Assembly (NCBI GenBank): GCA_963844715.1
Contig: CAWJPJ010000008.1
Span: forward strand, 800,001-864,000
Reading direction: 5' to 3'
DNA: 64,000 nt
DNA from: an uncultured Phycisphaerales bacterium
GTDB lineage: Bacteria; Planctomycetota; Phycisphaerae; Tepidisphaerales; Tepidisphaeraceae
The position numbers and the translations under genes are program-made. Below are positions 22,308 through 32,937 of the stretch, one piece after another (within the stretch, counting starts at the first letter, position 1; each line of letters begins with the position of its first letter). The notes under the pieces were generated by a model, which saw only the letters and a program-made list of their open reading frames with translations, searched no databases and was not told the DNA's origin.

Positions 22308-25300
22308 ATGCCCGAAGCGGCCAATCCCAAACATCGTCCCGTCGTTCCGCCGCCAACATCGGCGCACGGCACATCGTCCTATCCTTACGCGGAATTGGAC
22401 GTCACAACAAACTTTTCATTCCTGCGCGGCGCGTCGCATCCCGATGAATTGGTCTATCGCGCCGCCGAGCTTGGATATACCGCCATTGCCGTCACAGATA
22501 TAAACAGCGTTGCCGGCGTCGTCCGCGCCCACCAGGCCGCGAAGGATGCCAGGATCAAACTTTGTGTCGGAGCGCGCCTGCGCTTCGTCGATGCGCCCGA
22601 TGTTCTGGTGTGGGTTGAGAATCGCGCAGGCTACGCCAGCCTGTGCCGTCTGCTGACTACGGGCAAACGCAGGACTGAAAAAGGTTCCTGCATTCTTCGT
22701 CTTCAAGATTTGCTTTCGGTCCCAAAGGGCCTTTTAGCGGCGCTGGTGTGCCGGTCCATCGATCCACAAGTCGGCGAACCCGATCCAGCCGCGATCGACA
22801 CCGCAGCAGGAGCGTTGCGGGATGCCTTCGGTCGAGGATTGTCTATCGCGGCGTCGCGCGTCTTGGACCCTTGGACCGAATGATGCTGCGCCACGTCGAA
22901 TCCGTCAGCCGTACTTACGGCGTTCCGCTTCTGGCCACCAATCAGGTCCACTATCACGATGAGCATCGACAAACGCTCCAGGATGTGCTCACTTGCGTTC
23001 GCCACGGCTGTACGATTCAGGACGCGGGATTCCGTCTCTTTCCGAACGGCGAGCGATTCATCAAGCCGCCGGAAGACATGCACCGCTTGTTCAGCGACCT
23101 TCCGGCCGCGCTGCGAAGGACGGTCGAGATCGCGGAACGCTGCACTTTTCGCTCGATGAGCTGCGCTACGAATACCCGGATGAGATCGTGCCGGCAGGCA
23201 AAACGCCGGCATCCTATCTGGCGGAACTGTCCTGGGCCGGCGCCGCCGGTCGCTATCCGCAGGGCATTCCTGAAAAGGTCCGCCAGCAGATCGGTTATGA
23301 GTTGACGCTGATCGCGGAACTCAAGATCGAGCCGTATTTCCTGACGGTTTACGATCTTGTCCGCTTCGCCCGCTCGCGCGGGATTCTCTGTCAGGGCGCG
23401 GCTCCGCCGCGAATTCCGCCGTCTGCTATTGCCTGGGAGTCACGTCCGTTGATCCCAATCGGATTGACGTGCTCTTTGAGCGATTCGTCAGCGCCGCCCG
23501 CGACGAACCGCCTGACATCGATGTTGATTTCGAGCACGAGCGCCGCGAAGAAGTGATCCAATATCTTTATGACAAATACGGCCGCGAGCGCGCGGGCATG
23601 ACAGCGGAAGTCATCAGCTATCGCGGTCGATCCGCCGTAAGGGACGTAGGTAAGGCAATGGGATTGGGCCTTGACGCGGTGGATGCACTGGCCAAACGCC
23701 TTGAGGGCTGGTCCAGCGGCGCACCGCTGGATGAACAGGTTCGAGAAGCGGGATTGGACCCCACCGACCGCACCGTGCGGATGGTCGTCGCGCTGACGCG
23801 CGAACTGCTCGGATTTCCGAGGCATTTATCGCAGCACGTTGGCGGAATGGTTATGACACGCGGGCCGTTGTGCGAGTTGGTTCCCATCGAAAACGCCAGC
23901 ATGGCGGATCGCACAGTGATCGAGTGGGACAAGGACGACATCGACGCCATCGGCATTCTCAAAGTGGACGTGCTGGCGCTAGGAATGCTTACGGCGCTGG
24001 CCAAGGGGATGAAGCTCATTAACGACACGCATCCGACGCAGCCGCCGATCGAGCTTCACACGATTCCGCCCGAAGACCCCGGCGTGTACGTGATGGTCAG
24101 CGACGCCGACACCATCGGTGTCTTTCAGATCGAATCGCGGGCGCAGATGTCGATGTTGCCGCGACTGCGCCCTAACAAGTTTTATGACTTGGTGATTGAG
24201 GTCGCGATTGTGCGGCCCGGTCCAATCCAGGGCGATATGGTGCATCCCTATCTGCGCCGCCGCGACGGGATTGAGCCGGTGAGTTTTCCCAAGCCCGAAT
24301 TGGAGGCGGTGCTTGGCAAGACGCTCGGTGTTCCATTATTTCAGGAACAAGCGATGAAGATGGCGATGGTCGCGGCGGGATTCACCGCCGGAGAAGCCGA
24401 CCAGTTGCGCCGCGCGATGGCTGCATGGCGACACGCGGGGAGCATCGAAAAGTTCCAGCAAAAGATGATTGATGGAATGCTCGCCAACGGCTACGAACGA
24501 GAATTCGCCGAGCGCTGCTTCAACCAGATCAAGGGGTTTGGCGAATACGGCTTTCCCGAAAGCCACGCCGCTTCTTTCGCGCTGCTTGTCTATGCCAGCG
24601 CGTGGATCAAACGGTATTACCCGGCGGCCTTCTGCTGTGCGCTGCTCAACAGCCAGCCGATGGGATTTTATGCGCAGCACAGATCGTGCGAGACGCGCGA
24701 GAACATGGCGTGGAAGTGCGAGCGATCGAGGTGAATCGGAGCGATTGGGATTGCACTTTGGAGAGTGCCGTCGATTCGCCGGCGTCTGTGCCCACGGCGG
24801 ACAAGCGGACTTGGGGAATCGGTGGTCCCGCCATGCGGCTTGGCTTCCGCTTGATAAAGGGACTACAAGCCGCCCACGCGCAGCAAATTGTCGAGTGCCG
24901 AGGTCAGCACGGCCCGTTCCGCTCAATCGACGATTTCCATGCGGCGACGGAGCTTCCGGTTTCCGCCGTTGCAAAACTATCTGAGGCCGACGCCTTCGCG
25001 TCCCTACCCAGATCGCGCCGGGTCGCATTGTGGGAAACGCTGGCGCTGCCAGAGGAGCGAGGTCCACTGGCCATGCCGCCAGCGCGAAAGTGCCGCGCCC
25101 GCACTTTCGCCGATGACCGTGGGCCAGGAGATTCATGCCGACTACGGAACGACCGGCCTATCGCTCAAAGGACATCCGGTTCAGCTCATCCGAACGGAAT
25201 TGACCCGCCGCAATGTGATTCCCGCCGCCGAGGTGTGGAATCGCCCGCATGGAAGGTGGGTGAGCGTGGCCGGCGTCGTCATTATTCGCCAGCGCCCCGG

Positions 25301-25535
25301 CACCGCCAAAGGAATCGTGTTTGAAACGCTGGAGGATGAGACAGGCATCGTGAATTTGATTATCCGGCCCGACGTTTACGACCGTTGCCGGAATGCCGCG
25401 AGGAGTGCTTCCGTGCTTCAAGCCGATGGTTATGTCGAACGCCAGGGCCAGGTGCAGCACGTCATGGCCGTGCGATTGCATGACCTTACCGAGTTGGTTT
25501 CCAACTGCTCCTTGCGCTCGCGTGATTTTCATTAG
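22308..25535 (+). CDS. dnaE2: Error-prone DNA polymerase DnaE2/ImuC (several frameshifts)
   Basis: [60 protein letters not shown]-terminal SRDFH signature. Confidence 0.93.
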
Positions 25536-25568
25536 CCGAGCGTCGTGGCATGGTCGCACCTCGACCGA

Positions 25569-26340
25569 CTGCGATGTTGACCGCTACATCCTGCTGGCCG
25601 CTGCTGCAAAACGTCGATCCATTGGCCAGCCAGTCGGCGAACCGCCAACCCTCAGCAATCCGCCGACCGCGCGAGCTTCCGTGCCAGCCTTTGCGTGATA
25701 TCGCGCGGATTCCAGCACATGACGTAGAGCGACCGCCCTCGATTCGTTCACCCAGGCGGCAAGCCGCCGATTCGCCCCCGCGCCGGGCATGAGTGGATTC
25801 CCGCCTTTCGCCAAAACTCCGCCGGTTCTCCGCTGCGCTCTGGTCGCTCCTATGCGACGCTCACGCCACGCCGATCGCTCGATTGCATCGCCGCTGCGCG
25901 GACCGCGATCCGCGTGTCATTCACTGTCGCTTTGGCCTTTGGCCCGTCGCTTCCGGCGCTCCACTGCGCCCCGGCGGCCAGCTCCTTCAAGGGTTCGTTT
26001 GTCCGTCAATCGCCTTGCGAACGGAACAACCAAACCCTTTTTAAGAGAGGAGCTTTTTATGGCGAAGCAGAAATCCACCAACAAGCCCGTCGAGGAAGTT
26101 CGGATCGGCAGCGTCAAAGCCGCCATCTGGAAGAACGAAACCGAAGGCGGGCCGCGTTTCAATGTCACGTTCCAGCGGATCTACCGCGATGACGAGAAAG
26201 GCTGGCGGAGCACCGACAGCTTCGGCCGCGACGACTTGCTGGTGCTGGCGAAAGTCGCCGACCAGGCCCACGGCCGGATCGTCGCACTCAGCCAGCAGCA
26301 GCGGCCGCAGGAAGCATCAAAGTAGCGGTCAACATCGCAG
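25569..26340. repeat. 19-bp perfect inverted repeat enclosing a structured leader and small gene
   Basis: ctgcgatgttgaccgctac (25569-25587) / gtagcggtcaacatcgcag (26322-26340). Confidence 0.8.
26059..26325 (+). CDS. Small conserved hypothetical protein, probable ssDNA-binding (PC4/whirly-like) fold
   Basis: RBS gaggag; KPVEEVRIGSVKAAIWKNE...NVTFQRIYRD..WRSTDSFGRDDLLVLAKV. Confidence 0.7.
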   Translation: MAKQKSTNKPVEEVRIGSVKAAIWKNETEGGPRFNVTFQRIYRDDEKGWRSTDSFGRDDLLVLAKVADQAHGRIVALSQQQRPQEASK

Positions 26341-26376
26341 GTCCGGTCGGGCATCCGTTCCCCGACCGGACCTTTC
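26340..26376 (+). terminator. Hairpin terminator between convergent genes
   Basis: ggtccggtcggg / cccgaccggacc followed by ttt. Confidence 0.55.
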
Positions 26377-26519
26377 CAAATCTCGGAAGACATCTCACGA
26401 CAAAAACGCGACATGGGACGTTGGCAAACCGACATCCAATCGGTCTGCGTAATGGGTGGGAAGTCTCCCTTTGTGAAGGTCAATTCCACTGTGTGGTCGC
26501 GCAACGCACCCGACTAGCT

Positions 26520-27200
26520 TCACTTTGGCGCTTGCTCTGGAGCATCAACCAGAATTTTTGCTGCTGCGGCCATGCCCAGCGAGACTACCTCACGGCGAGG
26601 AATCCGAATCTTAACCGCCTCCGCCGCCGAGTCTCGCTTGCCGACGGTAACAATTGAGCCAGGTTTCAGACCGCTTCGCTCGATAAATCGTAAGAATTCC
26701 GGCTCTTGATCCACCACTCTAACGATTTGTTGAGCAATGCCCACGGGGCAGTCGGCGAGGCTCATCAACTGGCGTTCGTGCAGATGCCCCTTGGGAGTCG
26801 GGATCGGGTCGCCGTGCGGATCGGCCGTCGGATGCCCCAGCAAAGCATCCATCCGCTCCAGCACTGCGGTCGGATATTGCGTGTTCCAGGCTGTCGGCCT
26901 CGTCATGCACGGCCGACCAATCCAAGCCCAGCATATTGACCAGAAACAACTCCACGAGCCGATGCCGCCGCAGGACGTGCAGGGCCAATTGTTCGCCGCG
27001 GCGGGTCAGTTTCACTCCGCCTCTCGGCTCGTAATCGACCAGTCCTGAATCCGACAAGGCCTTGACCATGGAGGTGGCGGTCCCCGGCACGACCCCCATG
27101 CGGCCGCCAGACGGCCCATCGACACCAACGTTCCCCCTTCGGCGGCGCGCTGCTCCAAATAAAGTTGCTTCAAGTAGTTCTCAACCGTGCTTGTCGCCAT
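26520..27200 (-). CDS. mntR: DtxR/MntR metal-dependent repressor with FeoA domain (frameshifts)
   Basis: STVENYLKQLY, LRRHRLVELFL, HDEADSLEH, DPHGDPIP, C-terminal FeoA-like domain. Confidence 0.88.
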
Positions 27201-27247
27201 GAGCGCCGTCCTTTTGCAACGTAAAAGATTATCTGCCGATCAACCGA

Positions 27248-27295
27248 TTGACAAATGATATGGTATTCGATATTTTTATTTTGAGTAATCAAAAT
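27248..27295 (+). promoter_or_regulatory. mntH promoter and palindromic DtxR/MntR-type operator
   Basis: TTGACA-N17-TATTTT, then ATTTTGA-gtaa-TCAAAAT (27278-27295) between divergent mntR and mntH. Confidence 0.7.
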
Positions 27296-27330
27296 TCGGT
27301 GATGGAGCGACCGAATAGGATTGAAGGCAT

Positions 27331-28760
27331 ATGATGCAAAGCCGAAAGACTGGACCACTGAATTATGAGACGATTCCGCCAGCAGTTAGCCACGCTGGGC
27401 ATGTTTCGCTGGAAGGAATGCACGGCACGGTGGCGGTTCCCCACCACGAGGCCGCCTTCTGGAAGCAATGGCGCGCCTATGTCGGGCCGGCGCTGCTGAT
27501 CAGCATCGGTTACATGGACCCCGGCAACTGGGGCACCGATCTTTCCGGCGGCGCTTCGTTCAAATACGACCTGCTCTGGGTGGTCGCCGTCGCCAGCCTG
27601 ATGGCCATCTTTCTTCAAGTCATCTCCGCCCGGCTCGGGGTGGTCACCGGCAAGGATCTGGCCCAGTGCTGCCGCGACTGGTATCCCAAGTGGACGCGCT
27701 GGCCCAACTGGCTGCTCTGCGAACTGGCGATCGGGGCCTGCGATCTGGCCGAAGTGCTCGGCAGCGCCGTCGCGATCAACCTGCTCACCCACAACCACAT
27801 TCCCATTTTCTGGGCGGTCATCATCACCGCCGGCGACGTGCTGCTGCTGCTGGCCCTGCAACGATACGGCATGCGGAAAATCGAGGCGGTGGTGCTGGTG
27901 CTGATCTCGACGATCGCCCTCTGCTACTTCATCGAGATTTTCGTCATCCCGCAGACCAAGCCAAGCTTTCTGGAGATGGGGCATGCCCTCTTCACTCCGG
28001 GTTTCCGGCACGCGGGGATGCTGTACGTGGCGATCGGGATCATCGGCGCGACGGTGATGCCGCACAATCTCTATCTGCATTCGGCATTGGTGCAGAGCCG
28101 CAAGCTTCAGAAGGACGAGCGCGCGATCCGCACGGCCATCCGGTTCAACACGATCGACTCGGCCGTGGCGCTTGTCCTCGCGTTCTTCGTGAACGCGGCC
28201 ATTCTGGTGCTGGCGGCCATGGTGTTCTACGGAAAGACCAGCGTCACCGTGGCCGGCGGGCAGTCGTCCCATTCAACGACGATACCGACTGGATTCGGGT
28301 CGCGTACTTGACCCTCGCGCCGCTGCTGGGCGTTGCCGCCGCCAGCCCGCTGTTCGCGATCGCGCTGCTGGCCAGCGGCCAGGCCAGCACCATCACCGGC
28401 ACGCTGGCCGGCCAGGTGGTGATGGAAGGCTTCATGCACTGGAGGCTCTCGCCCTGGGTCCGCCGAATCATCACCCGGCTGCTGGCCATTATCCCCGCGG
28501 TCCTGATCATCGGCATCCGCGGCAATGGCAGCGTCAACGACCTGTTGAACCTGAGCCAGGTGGTGCTGGCCCTGCAATTGCCCCTGGCGATGTTCCCGCT
28601 GCTCCATTTCACCAGTTCCCGCAAGCGGATGGGCAAGTGGAAGAGCGGCTGGTTCCTGCTGATCGCCGGCTGGGGCAGCGCGATCCTGATCACCGCACTG
28701 GACATCTACGGCTTGCCGGATGCGTTCAAACAGGCTTGGCAGGTCATCGTCGGAGGATAA
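27331..28760 (+). CDS. mntH: Nramp divalent metal (Mn2+) transporter MntH (frameshift near 28262)
   Basis: GYMDPGNW, GATVMPHNLYLHS, GTLAGQVVMEGF, LSQVVLALQLP. Confidence 0.93.
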
Positions 28761-28805
28761 ACGCGCAAGGCATCGACCTGCGGATCATAGACGGCAAGGA
28801 ATATC

Positions 28806-29218
28806 ATGTATCAAACCATTTTAATAACGCTCGATGCCACGCCAACGGATCGCGCGATCATCAAGCATATCAAGGCACTGGCGGCGATCATGAAGAGCCG
28901 CATCGTGCTGCTTCATGTGGCCGACGGCTGGGCGGCGCACCTTGGACCGGATGCGGTCAGTCCGGAGATCACCGAAGACAAGGCCTATCTGGAGCAGGTC
29001 CGAGAGGAATTTGAATCGGCCGGCATTCCGGCGGATGCCTTTCTCGCCTACGGCGAGCCAGTGAAGGAGATCGTCCGCTGGGTCCATGAGAAACACTGTG
29101 ATCTGGTCGCGATGAGCACCCACGGACATCGCTTCCTGGCCGATTTTTTTTGGGCGCAACGGCCAGCCGTGTGCAGCACAGCATCGACGTCCCCGTACTT
29201 TTAATCCGAGCTAGATAG
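28806..29218 (+). CDS. Universal stress protein (frameshift near end)
   Basis: MYQTILITLD, LLHVADG, GEPVKEI, DLVAMSTHGH, VPVLLIR. Confidence 0.85.
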
Positions 29219-29227
29219 GAACCCATC

Positions 29228-30187
29228 ATGCCCAGTTTTGGGAGCGCTAGGAGCCAATCCGCGTTATTGACGTCGGTAACAATCGCGATCTTGCTCATTG
29301 CATGCAGTCGCGCGGCGCTCGCCGACGATTCAACTCCAACAACCACGGCGACGACCGAGCCATCGAATACGGCGTCAACGGAGTCTAACAAGTGGCAACA
29401 CACTCTGTTCAATCCGACACCAACCGATCAGCTTCGCGGAATGGACACCGATCGACCCAACGTGACCAACACTCCGCACACCATCGACGCTGGGCATTTG
29501 CAGATCGAGACTGGAGTAATTGATTACTCCTATTTCCGCGATCATTCTTCTGGAAATAACGTTCGCGAAGATGATCTCGACTTCGGACAATTCAACTTCC
29601 GGCTCGGCGTGTTGAACAATCTGGAAATCAATGCGGTCGTCGATAGCTATGACCATGTGCAACTCCATGACTACGGTGCCGGTAATTCACTTCATGCCGG
29701 CAGCTTTGGCGATACGGTACTCGGCGGAAAGCTGAATCTCTGGGGGGATGAGAGCGGTGACAACGTGTGGGAAACGGCGATGGCGATTCAGCCCCAGTTC
29801 AAGATTCCCACGGCCCGAAGTGATATTGGGAATGGTCGCTTTGAATTCTCCGTTGCTGCTCCTTTCTTAATGAATTTGCCCGCCGGGTTTCATTTGGGGC
29901 TTCAGCCTGGTGTTTCTTACGAGCGTAACTCTGATAACACCGGATATGTGACCGGATTCCCAACGTCAATTTCGCTCGACCGCGTTGTGATCGGCAAACT
30001 TGATGTCTATCTCGAATACGCGTGCGACCCAACGACGGAAAGGCACGTTAAAACCGAGCAGACCGTCGATGTGGGTGGCACCTATCCGCTCACCGACAAC
30101 ATCGTGCTCGACGCAGGAGTCAACTTTGGACTCAATAGAGCTTCAAACAATATTGAGGTATTGGCCGGAATCAGCTTTCGCTTTTAG
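29228..30187 (+). CDS. Outer-membrane beta-barrel transporter (MetA-pathway/phenol degradation-like)
   Basis: Signal peptide; TDRPNVTNTPHTIDAGHLQIETG; C-terminal aromatic GISFRF. Confidence 0.75.
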   Translation: MPSFGSARSQSALLTSVTIAILLIACSRAALADDSTPTTTATTEPSNTASTESNKWQHTLFNPTPTDQLRGMDTDRPNVTNTPHTIDAGHLQIETGVIDYSYFRDHSSGNNVREDDLDFGQFNFRLGVLNNLEINAVVDSYDHVQLHDYGAGNSLHAGSFGDTVLGGKLNLWGDESGDNVWETAMAIQPQFKIPTARSDIGNGRFEFSVAAPFLMNLPAGFHLGLQPGVSYERNSDNTGYVTGFPTSISLDRVVIGKLDVYLEYACDPTTERHVKTEQTVDVGGTYPLTDNIVLDAGVNFGLNRASNNIEVLAGISFRF

Positions 30188-30358
30188 CAGAGGATTTGTC
30201 CGAGGCTTAGCGCCGTGTTTTCCGGAAAACTCTCTGCCGGCGATCGGGTGATCTTTAGCGTGACCAGGCACGGCACGCACCAACCGGGAGATTCTTCTTC
30301 CCGGCGACGTCAACTAAGAAGGTGGTCGCAAGATCTGGAATGCTATCATCACTGAGCA

Positions 30359-30636
30359 ATGTGCGCTCGCTACCGTCTGTAACTTTCGCTCGACACATCG
30401 CGGAGCTGCTCGGTCTCAGTGTGACCGATCTATTCGAGGAGTTTTCGGAGCGGCCACGGCTGAACATCACGATCTCGCAGCCAGTGCCCATTGTGACGCT
30501 CGATGACAGCAGGCGAAACTTTGCCGTGGCCGAATGGGGATTTCTTGCGCCCTGGGACAAGTCAAAACGAGTTTTCAACGCCGCGGGCGAAACCGTTGCC
30601 GTCAACCCGACGTTTCGCGAATCCTTCAAAGATTAA
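30359..30636 (+). pseudogene. SRAP (SOS response-associated peptidase, YedK/HMCES-like) N-terminal fragment
   Basis: MCARY start, PRLNITISQPVPIV, WGFLAPW, FNAAGETVAVNPTFRESF; ends after about 90 codons with no C-terminal half visible. Confidence 0.7.
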
Positions 30637-30825
30637 CTCGCTCGGCCGCCGCTTCCTGATCCGTGACAAATGAAGCTCTTGCCGGGTCACGCGCTCGTCT
30701 TTCTCGCAGCATATAGCTCCACCAAACTCCGAAGCGAATGAGTGGGACTCCTTTCCAAATTCCATTCAATGCGAATGCAGAGAAGAGGACCTCCGGGGCC
30801 GGTCCTCTCCTGATACCGTTCCCGA

Positions 30826-31165
30826 CGTTATCCATGATGCTGCGCAGCGGCCCTACGGACGCCAGGGCGCAGCAGCATTGTGGATAACTCGGCGGAAAAA
30901 GCTGGATCAATTGTGCACAAACTGTCGCGTGCGCCAGATGCCGACAGTGTGCCCATTACGGTAACGGCGGCCGAGCATATCGCGCCGCTGTCGGCTGGGT
31001 TGCGGTTACGGTCCGTCCTCTCTATGCGCGAGACGTTCTTGCGGAGATCACCGGGCCGCGACACGGCGCCTGTTCAGAAGTCTGAGAGAACATCGTCCCA
31101 GCGGAAGCTTCACTTCCGCACCGAGGACTCCGTATCAGGTCGATTGGCAACAGGCTGCTGGCCGC
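30826..31165 (+). ncRNA. Predicted IS110 bridge RNA (boundaries approximate)
   Basis: 5' hairpin gttatcca/tggataac; target-loop guide gtcctctc (31015-31022); donor-loop guides gagagaacatc (31084-31094) and gtatcag (31132-31138) inside stem gcctgtt/aacaggc. Confidence 0.78.
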
Positions 31166-31195
31166 AAGCGCTCCCGCTCGCCAGGAGATTGTCTT

Positions 31196-32469
31196 ATGGA
31201 ATCCTCTGAACTTCCTTTTTCGGAACTGCTTCACTTTGGCGGCTTCGATTACGCAGGTCAGAAGCATTATGTCGTCGTTGTTGATCGGGCAGGCTCGAAA
31301 GTGCTGAGCATGGAGTTCGATAACACCGCCGACGGTTGGCGCAGATTCCTGGACGCGATCAAGCCCTTTCCGAAGATCGCCTTCACGATCGAGACCAGTT
31401 GCGGCGCAGACGTCGAGCGCCTGCTGGACGCCGGTCTGCCGGTCTATCCGATTAATCCCAAATCCGCGCAGCGCTACCGGGACCGCAAGTCAGTGGCCGG
31501 CTGCAAGAGTGATGAGCTGGACGCTTTCTGCATGGCCGACGCGCTGCGCACGGACGGCGCGGCCTGGAGGCGGTTGTTGCCAATGGACCCGACAACACAC
31601 GAACTGCGTGTGCTGTGCCGGGATGAGATTCACCTTATCGAGCTGCGCACTTCCTTGATCAATCAGCTTCGTGCTACTCTCCATCAATATTATCCAGTGG
31701 CATTGGAGGCCTTCACGGATTGGGTGTCGCCAAGCGCATGGGATTTTGTCATCACGTTCCCGACTCCCGCGGAGTTGGTCAGCGCGGGGAAACGAAAATG
31801 GCAGAAGTTTCTATTCGCGCATCACATGACCAGCCAGGAAAAACTCGATGAGCGAACGGCACTGTTCGCCAAGGCCAATGAGTTCACCAATCCGGTTGCA
31901 GCGGTAATCTCAGGCAAAAGCCTGCTGGCGACGACGCTGGCAAAACAACTGCGCGTTGGAGGCGCAGCTTTGCGTATACCGGTCCCGCATCACGGCACTG
32001 TTCCGCCAGCATCCAGACTATGCGTGCTTTGGCTCGCTACCCGGTGCGGTGAAAGCTCGCGCCACGGTTGCTTGCGGAACTGGGTACTTGCCGTGAGGTC
32101 TTTGCATCAGCCGAGGCGTTGCAGGCGTATGCAGGTACCGCGCCGGTCACGAAGAAGTCTGGGAAGTCGGACATCGTACATTTTCGACGGGCTTGCAATT
32201 GTTACTTGCGAGCCACCGTTCACCTCTGGGTGGATCTCAGCCGCCACTATTGCGTTTGGGCCGAAGCCTATTACCAGCAGAAGCGCAAGCAAGGCATGGG
32301 GCATGCAGCTGCGCTCCGATGCCTCGGCCAGCGCTGGCTCAATATTCTATGGAGCATCTGGCAAAAAAATGTGGCGTATGACGAAGCGAGCCATACGCGC
32401 AATCAAGTAAAGCACGGCTCCTGGGTCGTTCGCTTATTACCAAAATCTGAAACGGGTGCCGCGAACTGA
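31196..32469 (+). CDS. IS110 family recombinase/transposase (frameshifts near 31955-32060)
   Basis: GFDYAGQKH (D), IETS (E), KSDELDA (DD) DEDD domain; YAGTAPVTKKSGKS Tnp serine region. Confidence 0.9.
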
Positions 32470-32937
32470 TCCATGTGAACAACATGGCGCGAAAAAACCG
32501 AATCTGCTCATTGACGGCAGAGAGAACATCTCCCGCACCTCCTCTCCTTGGCCCTAAATCCGGTGTGTGGTGCTGTCGGAAACAATAAGGATGCGCCGGG
32601 AACATTCGGGGAAGGTAGGCCCGCTGTTGTTGAAAGGCCGCACGCGGCCAGGGGGCAGCGGGCCTACGGCATGTTGGTTCGACTCCGCTATCGAAACGCC
32701 ACCAGCCGAGTACGGCCTTGCCATGCTCGCCTCCTCGGGGAAATCCGACTGTGAGGTTGAGCAGGTGAAGGGCCGGATTTCCCCTGCGGGCCTGCGCGTT
32801 TATGTTGAGTTCCGAATTATTTTTGAGTTCGGCGGAAAATCCCTGCATTTCGGGGGTTCTGAGCAGAATGGCGAAGCGGTTTGCTTCACATAATCCTGAT
32901 GTCTTTCTTATGCCCATGTGGCGGAAAGGAAGGCGTC

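Larger units (their letters stand above)
30810..32531 (+). mobile_element. IS110-family element with CT core duplicated at both ends
   Basis: CT at 30810-30811 and 32530-32531; joining ends gives TTGACG-N17-TACCGT promoter; DEDD recombinase inside. Confidence 0.82.

Noticed and set aside
11859..25535. Calling res, mod, uvrD, imuB and dnaE2 pseudogenes or programmed frameshift genes
   Set aside because: Indels are scattered window-wide with no consistent slippery sites; sequencing error is more parsimonious.
32676..32691. ggttcgactccgctat resembles the tRNA-Met T-loop and 3' end (possible attR)
   Set aside because: Match is short and gapped, and ICE backbone genes continue on both sides.
32540..32790. 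Possible known riboswitch in the hairpin-rich tract
   Set aside because: No conserved motif of a riboswitch class I recognise; kept only as an unexplained structured region.
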